Shown here: in pieces, positions 26,192-38,905 of the stretch | How the letters are laid out: each line of letters opens with the position of its first letter | Numbering within the stretch: the stretch's first letter is position 1 | Assembly: GCA_043228905.1 (NCBI GenBank) | Contig: JBHGNT010000003.1 | Coordinates: 13,082,001 to 13,146,000 of the forward strand | Direction: 5' to 3' | Length of the DNA stretch: 64,000 bases | Source of the DNA: Azolla caroliniana | Lineage: Eukaryota > Plantae > Polypodiophyta | The notes under the pieces: generated by a model | Told to the model about the DNA's origin: nothing | Seen by the model: the letters and a program-made list of their open reading frames with translations, nothing else | Database searches by the model: none | Program-made: the position numbers and the translations under genes

Positions 26192-28628
26192 TGTTGTTGG
26201 GGTGAGGGGGTGAAGTCTAGAATGTGGCTTAGAGAGCTAGAGAGAAAGACAAATAGAAAATGACACAAATGTGAGAGGGGAAAAATGGTTATCCCATTAC
26301 ATACCCCATAGAGGGTTTATATAGTACATCCAATGTAACAATTACATGATAGTGTAAATAAGACCGTTACACATTCTTGTACACATGCACATAATTGTGC
26401 ATGTGTCCATACACATACTCATCCTCACACACTCATTTACTTTACACATACACATCAACCACATCATTACACATACCCTTATTCCTCCCTGTATATTCTT
26501 ACGGGTAACACATGACACGCCTGTGGGACAGTGCATTGCATGGTGAACCCACTCGCCATGGCAACTCTTCTCGACCGGAACTCCATCGGTCGTCTCAACG
26601 GTCAGAAATCCCTCGACCGGATCATTGCTCTACGATCGATAACTTCAATCGTAGCTTTGCTTGACTTGAACCTTCTTGTTCGGTCAGCACAAGTCGCGAT
26701 TGGATCATACACCAATCAGCTAGTTCAATGTGGCATGGGTCGTGAAATCGTGTTGTGCGTTTGTGTATTCTTTCTTTCATCATGTGAGTTGTGTTTTCGA
26801 AATTTCATGATTTGTACCCCTTGGTTTTAGACATTTTCGTTTTTACCCTCAATGTTTTGAGATTTTAATGGATACCCTTGAACTTGTAAAATTCTCCTCT
26901 TTGCCCCTCTGCCCCTCTTCTCTTTCTTATTTCTTTTCTTCTTCGTACAATACTTCTTCATATTTTCTTTGGTTGTCTTTGCGGTCTTCGTTGTACTCTC
27001 GGCCACGCGTCTCGGCCGCTCGTGTTGGCCGTATTCTCGATCGCGCCTCTCGGGCGCACGTCTTGGCCATGTGGCTGTCCGCTCGAGATGAGCTTTACTA
27101 TGGCCGCCCACTTGTTGCCCATCTTCCGTCCAGAACTTTGCGCGTGATGTGAGGCCTCAGATGGTTTTGCCTAGGTCCTCTGCATCGAATTGATATCATA
27201 GAGAGACGAGTGTAGAGAGTTTCCTAAAGGAATTGATTTTGTGGTGACATCAATGATTTCCCTCATGTGTACCCTTTCGTTTTCAAAAATTTTGTCAAAT
27301 GCCCTTCCATTTCTTCACATTCTGATGATGCCCTCAAGATTCCCGCTCTGCTTTCTGTCTGCATCTTTTTCTTCTTGTTCTTCGTTTTCTCTTTCTTCTC
27401 TGCTTATTACTCAACTTCTTCTTCATCCGTTTCTCCTTCTTTTCGTTTTCGTCTTCTTTTTTTCCTATCTTCTTTGCTTCTGTCTTCTCTTGGTGACCTT
27501 CTCTGCGCCTGTCATTCTATCCGGCCATCATTTCCACCCGCCGACTGTTTGATGGCGTTCTTGTTCGGCGGTCGGCTCCATCCGTCGTCCGTCCACCGTA
27601 TAGTTGTCGGTCGGCGGTCTAGCCAATTGTCCGTCCATCGGCTCCATCCGCCGCCCGTCCACCGTATAGTCATCTGTCGGCGGTCTAGCTGACTATCTGT
27701 CGGTCGTCACTCTCCGGCGACCGGCTCTGTCTGTAGCCGTCTCCCTTGACCAGTTGGCTCCATCCGCTGTCCGCCGGATATCTTTGTTCGACCGGCCTAT
27801 TGGTTGTGTCTTTCCGGCCCTCTACCGGACGTGGGCCATCTCTCAACCGCTCCTATGCGATGGCCACCTCTATTCGGGCCGTCTTTCGGCCTCAATCTCT
27901 CGGCCGTTCGGCTAGCCCTGTTGGACCGTCTGCTAGCGTCATCCTCCAAACGACTGTCACTTGGTCGTCTCTCTCCTTAGGCCGGCTCTGTCCACCAGTA
28001 GGCTCCCTGTCCTGCCGCCGCCATCGGTTGTCGCCGTTCATCGGTCATCGTCGTCATCAGCTGTCAGCCATCATCTCTGCTCGCCTAATGTCTCTGTTTG
28101 GCTGTCAGACGACTTCCGCTCGAAATGCCACCTCAACTCGTGCAACACCACAAACGCTCACTTGCATAGTGGGCACGGCCATGGTATCTTCTTGTTCTGG
28201 CCCGCCTTTAGGGATGGCAGCGCTGTCGCTAGAGAATGATGAACCTCCGCCATCGCAGGATCAATGCGACCGCCTCTCTTCACCCTGCACACGCCATCGC
28301 TCAGATCCTTCATATTGCCTTGTATTGTTCTTCATAGAATGTGGCTTAGAGAGCTAGAGAGAAAGACAAATAGAAAATGACACAAATGTGAGAGGGGAAA
28401 AATGGTTATCCCATTACATACCCCATAGAGGGTTTATATAATACATCCAATGTAACGGTTACATGATAGTTATAAATAAGACCGTTACACATTCTTCTAC
28501 ACATGCACATAATTATGCATGTGTCCATACACATACTCATCCTCACACACTCATTTACTTTACACATACACATCAACCACATCATTACACATACCCTTAT
28601 TCCTCCCCGTATATTCTTACGGGTAACA
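26192..28628. mobile_element. Non-autonomous LTR element N1 (type-2 LTRs)
   Basis: Direct repeats 26192-26510 and 28335-28628 (the latter lacks ~26 bp). TSD GGCTA/GGGTA. Arg-type PBS-like site at 26513-26529. No gag or pol; GC-rich degenerate repeats inside. Confidence 0.82.
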
Positions 28629-28944
28629 GGGTACGAAGCCCTACCAATCACTAAAACTTGGAGAGTAGGACGTGACACCACTAGGAAAAGAGCTTTAGTC
28701 CTTCAGTTTAAGGACTCAAAATCTACGATCACCTTTTTTTAAAAGAGACCAATTCTTCGAGGATTGGGCGGGGACCCTATCTACCTCGATGAAGACTTGA
28801 CCAAGATGCAAATCGAGCATCGTAAAACTTGTACGCCACGAGTCATACAAGCTCGTAGAGAGGGGCACTGTGCTTTTTACCGAGACAGATGTGTGATAAT
28901 TAATGATCGAACAGCCAATTGACGGCATGTGGCCCATGTGACAG

Positions 28945-31716
28945 ACAATAAACTTAGGATGACCTTAATATAGAATTGTAACGATGCACTTTGGACACAC
29001 CCTGGCCGTTTAGAGGACATTTTGAAGGTATCTGATATACTTTTTTTAGTAGAAACACATCAGAGTCCAAATTGAGGACTGCCACGAGTTGATGGTTTTC
29101 GTTGGGAATTTGTCTTTAGACAAACATTAGGTCGACACACTACTAGAGGGTCTGGAGGGGTTGCGATATTATTTCAGAGAGAGATACATAATAGGACAGA
29201 AATACTAAAGAAAGACCCAGCAACCCGTTTTATGTGGGTGAAAATCCTCACTAACAAGGATCAGGTGATATTTATCGCCGTTTGTTACTTCCCCCGAAAG
29301 GATCCCAGTATAATATGGCTAGAGAGGCGAGTATAGTTGATGAAGGAATGCCACATGGGCCTTCTCCATACGAACCTTTATCGGATGACATAATCCGATA
29401 TTCTTCTCAAGGAGAAGTCTTCCTTGTAGAGGATTTTAATGCGAGAACCCAATCCCGACAATGCACAATATTTCAGATGGATAGAAACTTAGAAATGGTG
29501 AATGTCGACCCTTTAGCCTTAGGCATAACACGTACATCAAAAGATCAAGGTGCGGACACCACAAGCTTTGGCCATCATCTGCTTGAACTTGGAAGCCGAC
29601 ACCAAATGATCATATATAATGGCTTAGCCAAGTGGCCGGGCTCGGAAGAGCTCACATGTTTCCCACATGGAGGAGGGGAAAGCGCAGTTGATTACCTAAT
29701 AGGACGCCCTAAAGCTACCCACATGGTTAATTCCTCCCGAGTGGTCCTATGCCTCATTGGTGCAGACCATAGCTTCCTATACTTTGAGCTAAAATGTGAC
29801 ATCTGCCATGCCATCAACTCTAGTCAACCAACCCATCACACCATAATACATTTCACGCATGAGCTAATTGACATCTACTCTCGACATGTACAAGCCCGTC
29901 TCTCCTCTTTTTTTATTCTTCCTTGCCTTTAGAGAACCTCACTACAGAACTCACACACATCCTTCACTCAACAACAACTAGTAGCTTCCCATGCACGAAA
30001 GGTTCCAATCATAGTAGAATAGGGTCTATGCCACAGAACAAGTGGTATGATGAGGATTGTAGAGAGTTGTATAGACAACTTAAGGTGTCGCGACTTAGTG
30101 GTACTATTTCCTCAGTATAGGCTCGCAAAGAGATGCGCAAGATGACACGTCTTAAAAGACGAGCTTGGGAACCATCTCAATATTGGGAACTCTACCATAT
30201 GTTCATGAGTAGGGACTGCGCCCTTGCATGGAAGAGACTATGGGAACCAAGACCACAAACACCCATTGAGGATCCCAATATTTGGCACACATATATCAAG
30301 AGACTCTACCATGTCCCGAACCAACCACCCATTCCAATGCCTTCCACACCTCGACCTACCATGGGGACACTTTTCACGACCTCTAGGGTCACGAAGGTCA
30401 TAAAAAAGTTACAACATAGGAAATCCATGGACCACACCGGATTGCGAGCCGAGCACATCATATATGCTCGAGAGTGCCTAGCCCCCTTCTCACTCTAATC
30501 TTCAACCGTGCCCTCGCCGAGGGTTTTCCACCACAATGGGCCATGAACACAATGAGCCCTATACATAAAGGAGGGGACCCAATGGACCCAAATACATATA
30601 GGACCATTATGATAGGTCATACACTTGCTAAACTATATGGTGTAGTAATGGAAGGGGAGCTCAACGATTATATGGAAACGTTAAGTCTTCGCGCACCTGA
30701 GCAGGCTGGCTTTAGACGAGCCTTCTCCACTATTGACCATATCTTCACACTTAGGTGCTTAATTGACCAGACGAAGGTTCATAAGAAGAAACTATATTGT
30801 TGCTTTGTGGACTTCTGCAAAGCCTTTGACATGGTTCCTAAGTAGAGGTTGTTTGATAGACTTAAGAGCTTGGAGATACCAAATTACATGATCTGGGCCA
30901 TTTATGCCTTATATGAGCAAGTCTCTAGGTGCGTATGATGCCCAGGTGGCCTATCCGATTGTTTCACTAGCACCATTGGTGTAAAAGAGGGTTGCCCCTT
31001 GTCACTGACTCTTTTTTGGATCTACATTGATGAGATCACTGATTTTATTGCTCGAAAGGGAGGCAAGGGAGTAGTTATTGGGGATATGCAAGTTAGTCTC
31101 TTACTCTACGTAGATGACATTGTCTTGCTCTCGGAGTCGGAACACGACCTACAAAAGCATCTTAATGCCCTAGATGACTTTTGTACACAACGAGGACTGG
31201 TAGTGAATCTAATGAAAACTAAAGTCCTTATCTTTCATACATCGTCCCGAGTTAGGAGTAAATGTCACCTAACCCTCTCTCATAAACTAGTTGAGGTAGT
31301 GGGATCATATGTATACTTGGGAGTCACTTTTAGTGCTTGCTCAGGTAAATTCTCGATTACCCAGGCAACCAAAGATAGGCTAACGAGAGGGTATGCATCC
31401 CTCTCACTCTTAGAGAGACAATTCCACCAGGCATACTTTCAAGAGCCACGGACTAAGGGATGGCTCTTCGACTCATTAGTGACCCCTTCCCTCATGTATG
31501 CATCAGTTGTATGGGCTCCAGGTCTACCATCCTTCATGTGGACGCAATTAGAGAGACCTTTGGTGATGATGTTATCGCGTCAACTCCGAAGCAAATGACA
31601 ATACCGCATGACATTATTAGAGCAGAGTTTAGTCTACCCCCGATGTTAGTAGAAGCACTCTTTCAAATGGTAGTTTTTATTCATCGGATACATAGTTGAG
31701 CCTCTGAGGCATCCTG
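28945..31716 (+). pseudogene. LINE ORF2: AP-endonuclease and reverse transcriptase
   Basis: LVETH, GSGGVAIL, DFNART, AVDYLI, ADHS; YRTIMI, EQAGFR, FVDFCKAFD, GVKEGCPL, LLYVDDIV. Many stops and frameshifts. Confidence 0.92.
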
Positions 31717-34700
31717 TGTTGGAGACGAGGTCGTCTATGCGGAAGATCAAGAAGCATTCGATTGGTGTTTGAAGTACCTGCGTATGATAGATTGTAGGTC
31801 GTTGCACAGAGAGAGAGAGAGAGAGAGACACACAAAAGACTTTCTATTCCACAAAGCAATAATACAACACCCAACCTTACAAAAAGGTTACAAGGTCACT
31901 ATATATAGTGACCGACTTAGGGCAACTACCCTTTATGCTAATTACACAAATGCCCCAAACTTGGGCTATAGAAAGGGATAGTGTGAATACGTCCATTATA
32001 CACTTGTATTCGACACTCCCCCGTAATGGGCGTATACATGGGTTATCTAAGATTACAGGTATAGACTTAGGTTCTCGGACATATCAGCTTTGTTCGGGTC
32101 GGCAGGGTCCGAAGGCAGAAGACCGAACTGGTCGGGTCGGAACAGTTGAAGCCGATCATTAAGGAACTGATGTCGGTTGTCGGGAACCATCCTGCTCTGT
32201 GTCCGGCTCTAACCGGACTGGTTTGTCGTTACGCCCATCTGATGCCGAAGAGACCGAAAACGGTCTGCCGAAAGACACTTGGTCATTCCATCTGCGACAT
32301 TGTCGGTTGTGGATATTTTCTCTAGACCGATTTTCCCTGAAATGACGCAGTCCCGAACGAAGTGATATCGAACGTCGATATGTTTGGAGGCGTTGTGGTG
32401 AACCGGATTTCTCGACAAGGCAACAGCACCTTGACTGTCGCTGTAGACAACTGGAGCCGAGTCATGGTCGACTTGTCGAAACGTGTGCGCCAGCCGACCG
32501 AGCCACAAAGCTTCTTTTGTTGCGTCGGACGCAGCTACATATTCTGCTTCGGTCGTTGAGGTCGCTGTGCACTCCTGAAGTTTCGACTTCCACGAGATTG
32601 CTCCATTGCCGAATTTGAAGCAGTATCCGGTTGTTGATTTCCGACTGTCTATACAGCCGGCGAAATCCGAGTCGGTGTAACCGACTACGCCTGAGGTTCG
32701 GTTCGGACCGAAAAGAATGCCATGGTCTTTTGTGCCAGCCAGATATCTGAACACATGCTTGACTGCGTTCCAATGCGATCGGCCAAGATTGTGCATAAAT
32801 CTGCTAACGACTCCTACGGCATGAGAAATATCAGGCCGTGTCGCGACCATCAGGTACATAAGGGAGCCGACTGCGGGTGCATACGGTACCGACTTCATAT
32901 CTTCCCCCTCCGGGCCGGATGTCGGGCAGTCTCGCTGAGAGAGCCGAAGATTCATGGGGAGCGGGGTTGAAGCAGATTTGGCTGATTGCATGTTGAAGCG
33001 TTCCAAGACACGTCCGATATAGTCGGTCTGAGACAAAAAAAGATGTCGTTTATCGCGATGCCGACTAATCTTCATGCCAAGGATGTGTCGTGCCGGACCG
33101 AGGTCCTTCATGGAAAACTTCAACCGCAGTTGCCGAATGAGATCGGCAAGTTCGCCCGCGTGGCGTCCAGAAATTAGCATGTCGTCCACGTAGATGATGA
33201 GGAAGATGGGTGATCCATCTTGAGCTGTGTTGGTAAAAAGACAATGGTCCTCATCGCTTTTTGAGAAGCCGATCGATTGGATGAAGTCGTCGAACTTCTT
33301 GTACCATTGTCGCGGTGCCTGTTTGAGGCCGTATAGACTCTTCCTGAGTCGGCAGACTAGATGTTCTTGGCCAGTTGCCACGAAGCCTTTTGGCTGCTCC
33401 ATATAAATTTCCTCCTCGAGATCACCATGGAGGAAGGCTGTTTTGACATCTAGCTGAATCAGCTCCAAGTTGTCGGCTGCCACTACGCCGAGTAGAAAAC
33501 GAAGGGTTGTCATTTTCACCACTGGTGAAAAAATCTCGTCGAAGTCGACGCCATATTCTTGTCGGAAGCCCTTCGCAACTAATCTGGCCTTGTACTTTGG
33601 GGTGGTCGAATCAGACGTCTCTTTTAGTCGATAAACCCACTTGCAAGGAAGAGCACGTCGATTCTTAGGTAATTCGACCAGATCCCAAGTCTTGTTTGCC
33701 CGAATGGAGTGCATTTCCGACTCCATCGCCAGATGCCAGGTGGCTGAATCGACAGATGTCGATGCTTCTTCGTAAGACGTCGGTTCGCCGGCGTCGGTGA
33801 AGAAAATTCCAGGAGAGTACCTCTCCGGAGGTTGCGACAGTCTCTCGGATCGTCGAGGTATGATTGGACTGGTCGCATCGGGTATCGTGGTCGGATGGTC
33901 CGAAAGCGGATTGTTCTGCTGTGCCGAGTCGGGGTTGTCCGAGTCGGTAGTGTAAGGTTCAGCTACCCGTGAAGCTGACCGTGTGTTGAGAGCGGGGCCT
34001 TCTTGAAGGGTCGGCACATCGGAAAATGTTACCCTTCGGACTTCGATCGGTTTTTCGATTGATGGATTCATAGCCGACTCGTTGAACACAACGTCCGAAC
34101 TTCGAATGATTTGTCTGCGTTCGGGGTCCCAGAGTCGGTATCCCATTTCGCCGTCTGATCCATATCCAAGGAAAATGCATTTCCTGGACCGAGGTGCAAG
34201 TTTTCGGCGATCATCTTTCGGAATAAGGGCGTACGCCTCGCATCCGAAGATCCTCAGCTTGTCGTAATTCGGCTTACTGCCGATCCATAGTTCCTGAGGA
34301 ATTTGAAGTCCTAGAGGTCTACTTGGCGACATATTGATTATGTGTACTGCCGTGAGTAGAGCCTCTGCCCAGAAGCCATCCGACAGTCCGGAGTGTTGGA
34401 GCATGGAAACTATCCTTTCTTGGATTGTCCGATTCATTCGTTCTGCAATCCCGTTTTGCTCCGGACTGTGTGGTGCCGTAAATTCACGTCGGATGCCGCG
34501 TTGTCGGCAGAATTTGACGAATTCATCGGATTTGAACTCTCCCCCATTGTCGGTCCGAAAGCATTTCAGTTTTCGGTCGGTTTGATTTTCTACCATAGCG
34601 AGCCAATCTGAGAAGATCGAGAAGACCCGATCTTTGGTGCGAATCGGATAAGCCCACACCTTTCGAGTCGAATCGTCAATAAAAGTGACGAAGTAAGAGG

Positions 34701-37204
34701 CACCGCCTAGAGACTGATGCGGCATTGGGCCACAGACGTCCGAATGGACTAAATCGAGAGGTCTCGTTTCTCTTGGTGCTGATGTCGGGTGTGATGGGGC
34801 TGCTTGTTTGCCATACTGGCAATGCTCGCAGAATTGATGGTCGGAGAAGGAGAGTTTGGGGATGTATCCGGCTCTAGATAGATGCGTGATGCCGGCCTTG
34901 CTGAGGTGTCCTAATCTTCTGTGCCATAGTGATGACACAGGAATATCCACCAAAAACAGGTTACCCTCTCTGAGCGTAACATGTAACGGATACAGGGAGT
35001 GTATCTTGGGTCCTCTAGCAAGCAGGAGGTTCCCCCTGTGGAGTGTCCACCCTCCCGAAGAAAAACCGGCACGAATGCCGTCTTCATCTAGTTGTCCGAC
35101 TGAGATCAATGGCCTTGAGAGCTCGGGTACATGTCGGACATTGTGGAGTACAAGTGTAGAGCCACCTGCAAGGTTGAGCTCTACTGTGCCGATTCCGATG
35201 ATGTCACAGTGTTGTGAGTTGCCGACTCGAACTGAGTCGGAGTGACGGATCGTATATTGCCGAAATTGGGATCGATGAGGAGTCACGTGAAATGACGCGC
35301 CCGAATCTAAGAGCCATGTGCTCGATTCTTCAGTCGTGAGTAGAGCCTCTGATCCGACTGGATTTTCGATTGATAGTATATTCGGGTCGTCTGGTAGCAC
35401 ATCAGCTGAGAAGCTGACGTAATTGATCTCCTCATGCCGGCCACTCTTCTTGTTGTTCTTGTTTTTGAGTGCGCGGCAGTCGACTTTGATGTGTCCGGGT
35501 TTCTTGCAATAGTTGCAGATTCGGTTATCCCGTGACTGGCTCCGTCTTCGCTGATTGTTCGGCGGCCGTGAGGAATCTCTTCCTCGTATGTTCGATCGGT
35601 CTGTCGAACCTTGTACTACGTAAGCGTCGTCTGTTGAGTCTTTGGCGAAAGACTTTCTCCGAGCTGCTTCAGTCAGGATTGCGCTCGTGACTTCGGAGTA
35701 TTTAACAGCCGTGGTTGACGCGTTGCACACGGTTGTGACGAAAGTTTCCCATGATGAGGGAAGGCTGCTCATGAGTATCATTGCTCTGAGTTCATCCTCG
35801 ATTGCCGTCCCCTGTGACGAGATTTGGGAGCTTATGCTTTCGTACTCATTGAGGTGTGCTTGAACCGAATCGGATTCTTTCATCCGCAAGTTGTAGAGGC
35901 GCCGGATCAGAAACATCTTCGTTGCGGCGACCTTCTTTTCGTAAGTGTCCGACAGTGTTTTCCACAGTTCGAATGCTGTCGTACACGATTGCACCGTAAA
36001 GTATACCGATTCCGATAGGTGCATCCGAATCGTGGCGCGGACGATTCTGTCCAGCTTCTGCCACTCAATTGGTTTGTATCCTTCTGGAGGTTCTTCATTT
36101 TCGATGGGATCGATTTGCCCCTTGACTATGAGATAGTCCTGCATTTGTTCCTTCCAGAAGTTGAAGTTCGATCCATCGAACTTTCGGAGACTCATTTCTG
36201 ACGAGCCGGATGTTGATGCCATCAAATTCGGTTTCGGTTGACGAAGCTCGGTTCGGAGTTGACTACGAACCTTGTTGGGGTGCAGCCGGTTGGCTCACCC
36301 GATATCGTTCTAGTCGGATTTGAACCCGAGTCGGTTCGGCTTCGGAACTTGCTCGAATTGACTCCGGTAGCTTGAGGGACAGAACCGACTGGTCTTCCCG
36401 AATGTTGCCGAGTCGGAGTGAGCCCGGTTCGCTTCGGATATATATGCCGAATACCGATTATTGAAACCGATTATCTGGACCGATTCTGCTTCGGTTGACT
36501 GCAGCAACGAGAGAGACGGATCCAACTGATCCTCCCGAATGTCGATCAGCCAGATGAAGCACGAATTTGGGTTGTTGTCTTGAGACCGATCTGCACCGAG
36601 TGGTTACAATGAGCGGCGAGCAGCGTTTGATGACCTCTTCGGATGCCGTTTAACCGAATGGAGCACGATCGTGTCAATGTTGCACAAGGGGATTTCACCT
36701 CGAGCGGTTACGATCACAAGGGACAGAGTACAACCTGCTGGCTTACTCCAAGCGAAGATGATCTAACGTGATGAGATGCAAGCCTCGTTTCTCTTCTTCT
36801 TCTCTCTTCTTCGAATGACGCAGGAAACCGAATGCTGTGCAGGCTGAGACGACGGCCGACAGCGGATTGAAGGACCGACTACTGTGCAGGCTCTGATACC
36901 AGATGTTGGAGACAAGGTCGTCTATGCGGAAGATCAAGAAGCATTCGATTGGTGTTTGAAGTACCTGCGTATGATAGATTGTAGGTCGTTGCACACAGAG
37001 AGAGAGAGAGAGAGAGAGAGACAAAAGACTTTCTATTCCACAAAGCAATAATACAACACCCAACCTTACAAAAAGGTTACAAGGTCACTATATATAGTGA
37101 CCGACTTAGGGCAACTACCCTTTATGCTAATTACACAAATGCCCCAAACTTGGGCTATAGAAAGGGATAGTGTGAATACGTCCATTATACACTTGTATTC
37201 GACA
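31717..37204 (-). mobile_element. Ty1/Copia LTR retrotransposon E, intact
   Basis: LTRs at 31717-32015 and 36904-37204, near-identical. TSD TCCTG. PBS TGGTATCAGAGC (tRNA-iMet) at 36890-36901. PPT at 32016-32024. Confidence 0.97.
32209..36225 (-). CDS. Copia E Gag-Pol polyprotein (1338 aa, uninterrupted)
   Basis: CNYCKKPGHIKVDC, WLLDSGAS, HSDVCGP, TDNGGEF, YKARLVAKGF, IYVDDML, TDSDFAG, KHIDVRYHF. Confidence 0.97.
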   Translation of the reverse strand: MMASTSGSSEMSLRKFDGSNFNFWKEQMQDYLIVKGQIDPIENEEPPEGYKPIEWQKLDRIVRATIRMHLSESVYFTVQSCTTAFELWKTLSDTYEKKVAATKMFLIRRLYNLRMKESDSVQAHLNEYESISSQISSQGTAIEDELRAMILMSSLPSSWETFVTTVCNASTTAVKYSEVTSAILTEAARRKSFAKDSTDDAYVVQGSTDRSNIRGRDSSRPPNNQRRRSQSRDNRICNYCKKPGHIKVDCRALKNKNNKKSGRHEEINYVSFSADVLPDDPNILSIENPVGSEALLTTEESSTWLLDSGASFHVTPHRSQFRQYTIRHSDSVRVGNSQHCDIIGIGTVELNLAGGSTLVLHNVRHVPELSRPLISVGQLDEDGIRAGFSSGGWTLHRGNLLLARGPKIHSLYPLHVTLREGNLFLVDIPVSSLWHRRLGHLSKAGITHLSRAGYIPKLSFSDHQFCEHCQYGKQAAPSHPTSAPRETRPLDLVHSDVCGPMPHQSLGGASYFVTFIDDSTRKVWAYPIRTKDRVFSIFSDWLAMVENQTDRKLKCFRTDNGGEFKSDEFVKFCRQRGIRREFTAPHSPEQNGIAERMNRTIQERIVSMLQHSGLSDGFWAEALLTAVHIINMSPSRPLGLQIPQELWIGSKPNYDKLRIFGCEAYALIPKDDRRKLAPRSRKCIFLGYGSDGEMGYRLWDPERRQIIRSSDVVFNESAMNPSIEKPIEVRRVTFSDVPTLQEGPALNTRSASRVAEPYTTDSDNPDSAQQNNPLSDHPTTIPDATSPIIPRRSERLSQPPERYSPGIFFTDAGEPTSYEEASTSVDSATWHLAMESEMHSIRANKTWDLVELPKNRRALPCKWVYRLKETSDSTTPKYKARLVAKGFRQEYGVDFDEIFSPVVKMTTLRFLLGVVAADNLELIQLDVKTAFLHGDLEEEIYMEQPKGFVATGQEHLVCRLRKSLYGLKQAPRQWYKKFDDFIQSIGFSKSDEDHCLFTNTAQDGSPIFLIIYVDDMLISGRHAGELADLIRQLRLKFSMKDLGPARHILGMKISRHRDKRHLFLSQTDYIGRVLERFNMQSAKSASTPLPMNLRLSQRDCPTSGPEGEDMKSVPYAPAVGSLMYLMVATRPDISHAVGVVSRFMHNLGRSHWNAVKHVFRYLAGTKDHGILFGPNRTSGVVGYTDSDFAGCIDSRKSTTGYCFKFGNGAISWKSKLQECTATSTTEAEYVAASDATKEALWLGRLAHTFRQVDHDSAPVVYSDSQGAVALSRNPVHHNASKHIDVRYHFVRDCVISGKIGLEKISTTDNVADGMTKCLSADRFRSLRHQMGVTTNQSG

Positions 37205-37231
37205 TCCTGATCCCTACATGCATCTGGAGAC

Positions 37232-37671
37232 TGTTGTCCGCCGGAATAGTAACTGACAGACAAGAGCGTAGGAATAAGAAATAATATAAGATCATAACGC
37301 ATGTAACGGTTCACGCAGGAAGCGTGAACGGCTAAATAGACCCTGCGTATATAAAGGGCAGAAAACCTGTGATAGAGGGACCGTGTAATTTTGGGAATGT
37401 AAAGAAACGTCTCATAATAGAATTCTATCTTCTCTGATTTTCTGTGTATAGCTACGGCTAATCCACTGTGTGTGTCTTGAATACCTGAGCGTGTAAGAAC
37501 ATAAGTGTAACCCTTGCTAAGGATTGGGTTGTAGCTGTCTCCCTTATACGTTGATAGGTTACAGGGAACATTTCCCTACGCATTACGCTTAGACGCCTAT
37601 TCATTGTTCCACACCCACGTGGAGGTCTAGGTCGAAGGACTGACCGCGGACCGTGTTCCTAATCGGCAACA
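37232..37671 (+). repeat. Type-1 LTR at the left edge of non-autonomous array N2
   Basis: TGTTG...CAACA, TATA at ~37348, followed by PBS TGGCACACTTGGTGGGAC (37676-37693). The 3' end CTAATCGGCAACA is shared with the LTR of D. No partner LTR in the window. Confidence 0.75.
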
Positions 37672-38599
37672 CTTTTGGCACACTTGGTGGGACAGTCAAT
37701 TGCACGGTGAACCCACTCGCCATGGCAACTCTTCTCGACCGGAACTCCATCGGTCGGAAATCCCTCGACCGGATCACTGCTCTATGATCAATAACTTCGA
37801 TCGAAGCTTTGCTTGTCTCGAACCTTCTCGTTCGGTCAGCACAAGTCACGATTGGATCATACACCAATCGGCTAGTTCAATGTGGCATGGGTCGTGAAAT
37901 TGTATTGTGCATTTGTGTATTCTCTAGTTCATTCATGTGAGTTGGGTTTTATGTTTTATACACCTTGGTCTTTCGAATTTTTACCCTCAAGTTTTTTTTT
38001 TTTTTTTTGAATTTGTTTTTTTGGCCCTTGAGTTTTCAAAATTCTGCAGTCTGCCCTCCACTTTTTGAAATCTCACTTCATGCCCTTGAGCTTTTGAAAT
38101 TTTCTCTCCTACACTCGAGCTTCTGAAAGTCGATGGTATGCCCTCGAATTATTGAAATTTTCCTCTCTGCCCTTGGGTTTCTGAAGTTCGGTTGCATGCC
38201 CTCGCATTATTGTAATTTTTATCCCACCCTTAAGCTTTTCTTTTACTTCTTTGTCTTTTTCTTCCTTTCTGTTTTCTTCTGTCTCAGTCTTCTTCTTGCG
38301 TTCTTCTCCTTCCTTTCTTCCGTTTCTTCTTCACCTTCATCCGTTTCTCCTTCTTTAGCCATGGCAGAGCTCGATGGAGCTCTCTCTCTCCTCTGTCTTG
38401 GTCTGTGTCTGTGTCTATGTCTGTTTAGGTCGTTTATGTTCGTCGGTCGTCGGTCGTGCCTGTCCGTTGGTCACCTATCGACTGTCGATTGTCGCCGTCG
38501 CCGGCTGTCCGATGGCCAGCTGAGTCGTTGGTGGTCGTGTCTGTTCGGCCAGTGTCTTTTTGGTCATCTGGCCCATTGGTCGTCTCTCTTGAGTGGCTG

Positions 38600-38905
38600 T
38601 TTGGCCATACTCTCAGCTGCGCATCTCAGCCATATTCTTGGCCGCGCGTCTCGGCCGTCGTTTGTCGGCCATCACTTGGTCGTACTCTCAGCCACGTTTT
38701 GGCCGTACTCTCAGGCATCCGTCTCGACCGCGTGTCTCCGCCGTACTATCGGCCACGCGTCTCCACTGTCTTCTCAACCGTGCATCTCGACCGTGCTTTC
38801 GGCTACGCATCTCGGCTATGCTCTTTGCCGCGCTCTTGGCCGTCGTTTCTCGGCCATCACTTGGCCGTACTCTCGGCCACGCATCTCTCGGCCGTACTCG
38901 GTCTG
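38600..38905. repeat. Degenerate tandem repeat, unit approximately TTGGCCGTACTCTCGGCCACGC
   Basis: Read directly. Related copies lie at 26995-27070 and 40255-40500. Confidence 0.75.

Larger units (their letters stand above)
25776..37231 (+). mobile_element. Non-LTR retrotransposon (LINE), degenerate, split by N1, E and N2
   Basis: ORF1 (coiled coil, WVDVVK) at 25776-26191 and 28634-28921. ORF2 endonuclease plus RT at ~28945-31716, resuming 37210-37231. Confidence 0.85.

Noticed and set aside
27241-28357. Plus-strand ORFs in N1 (also 38133-39020)
   Set aside because: Stop-poor GC-rich repeats give open frames on both strands with no recognisable domain.
38600-38905. CRISPR-like array
   Set aside because: The repeats are degenerate and contiguous without unique spacers, in a eukaryotic TE context.
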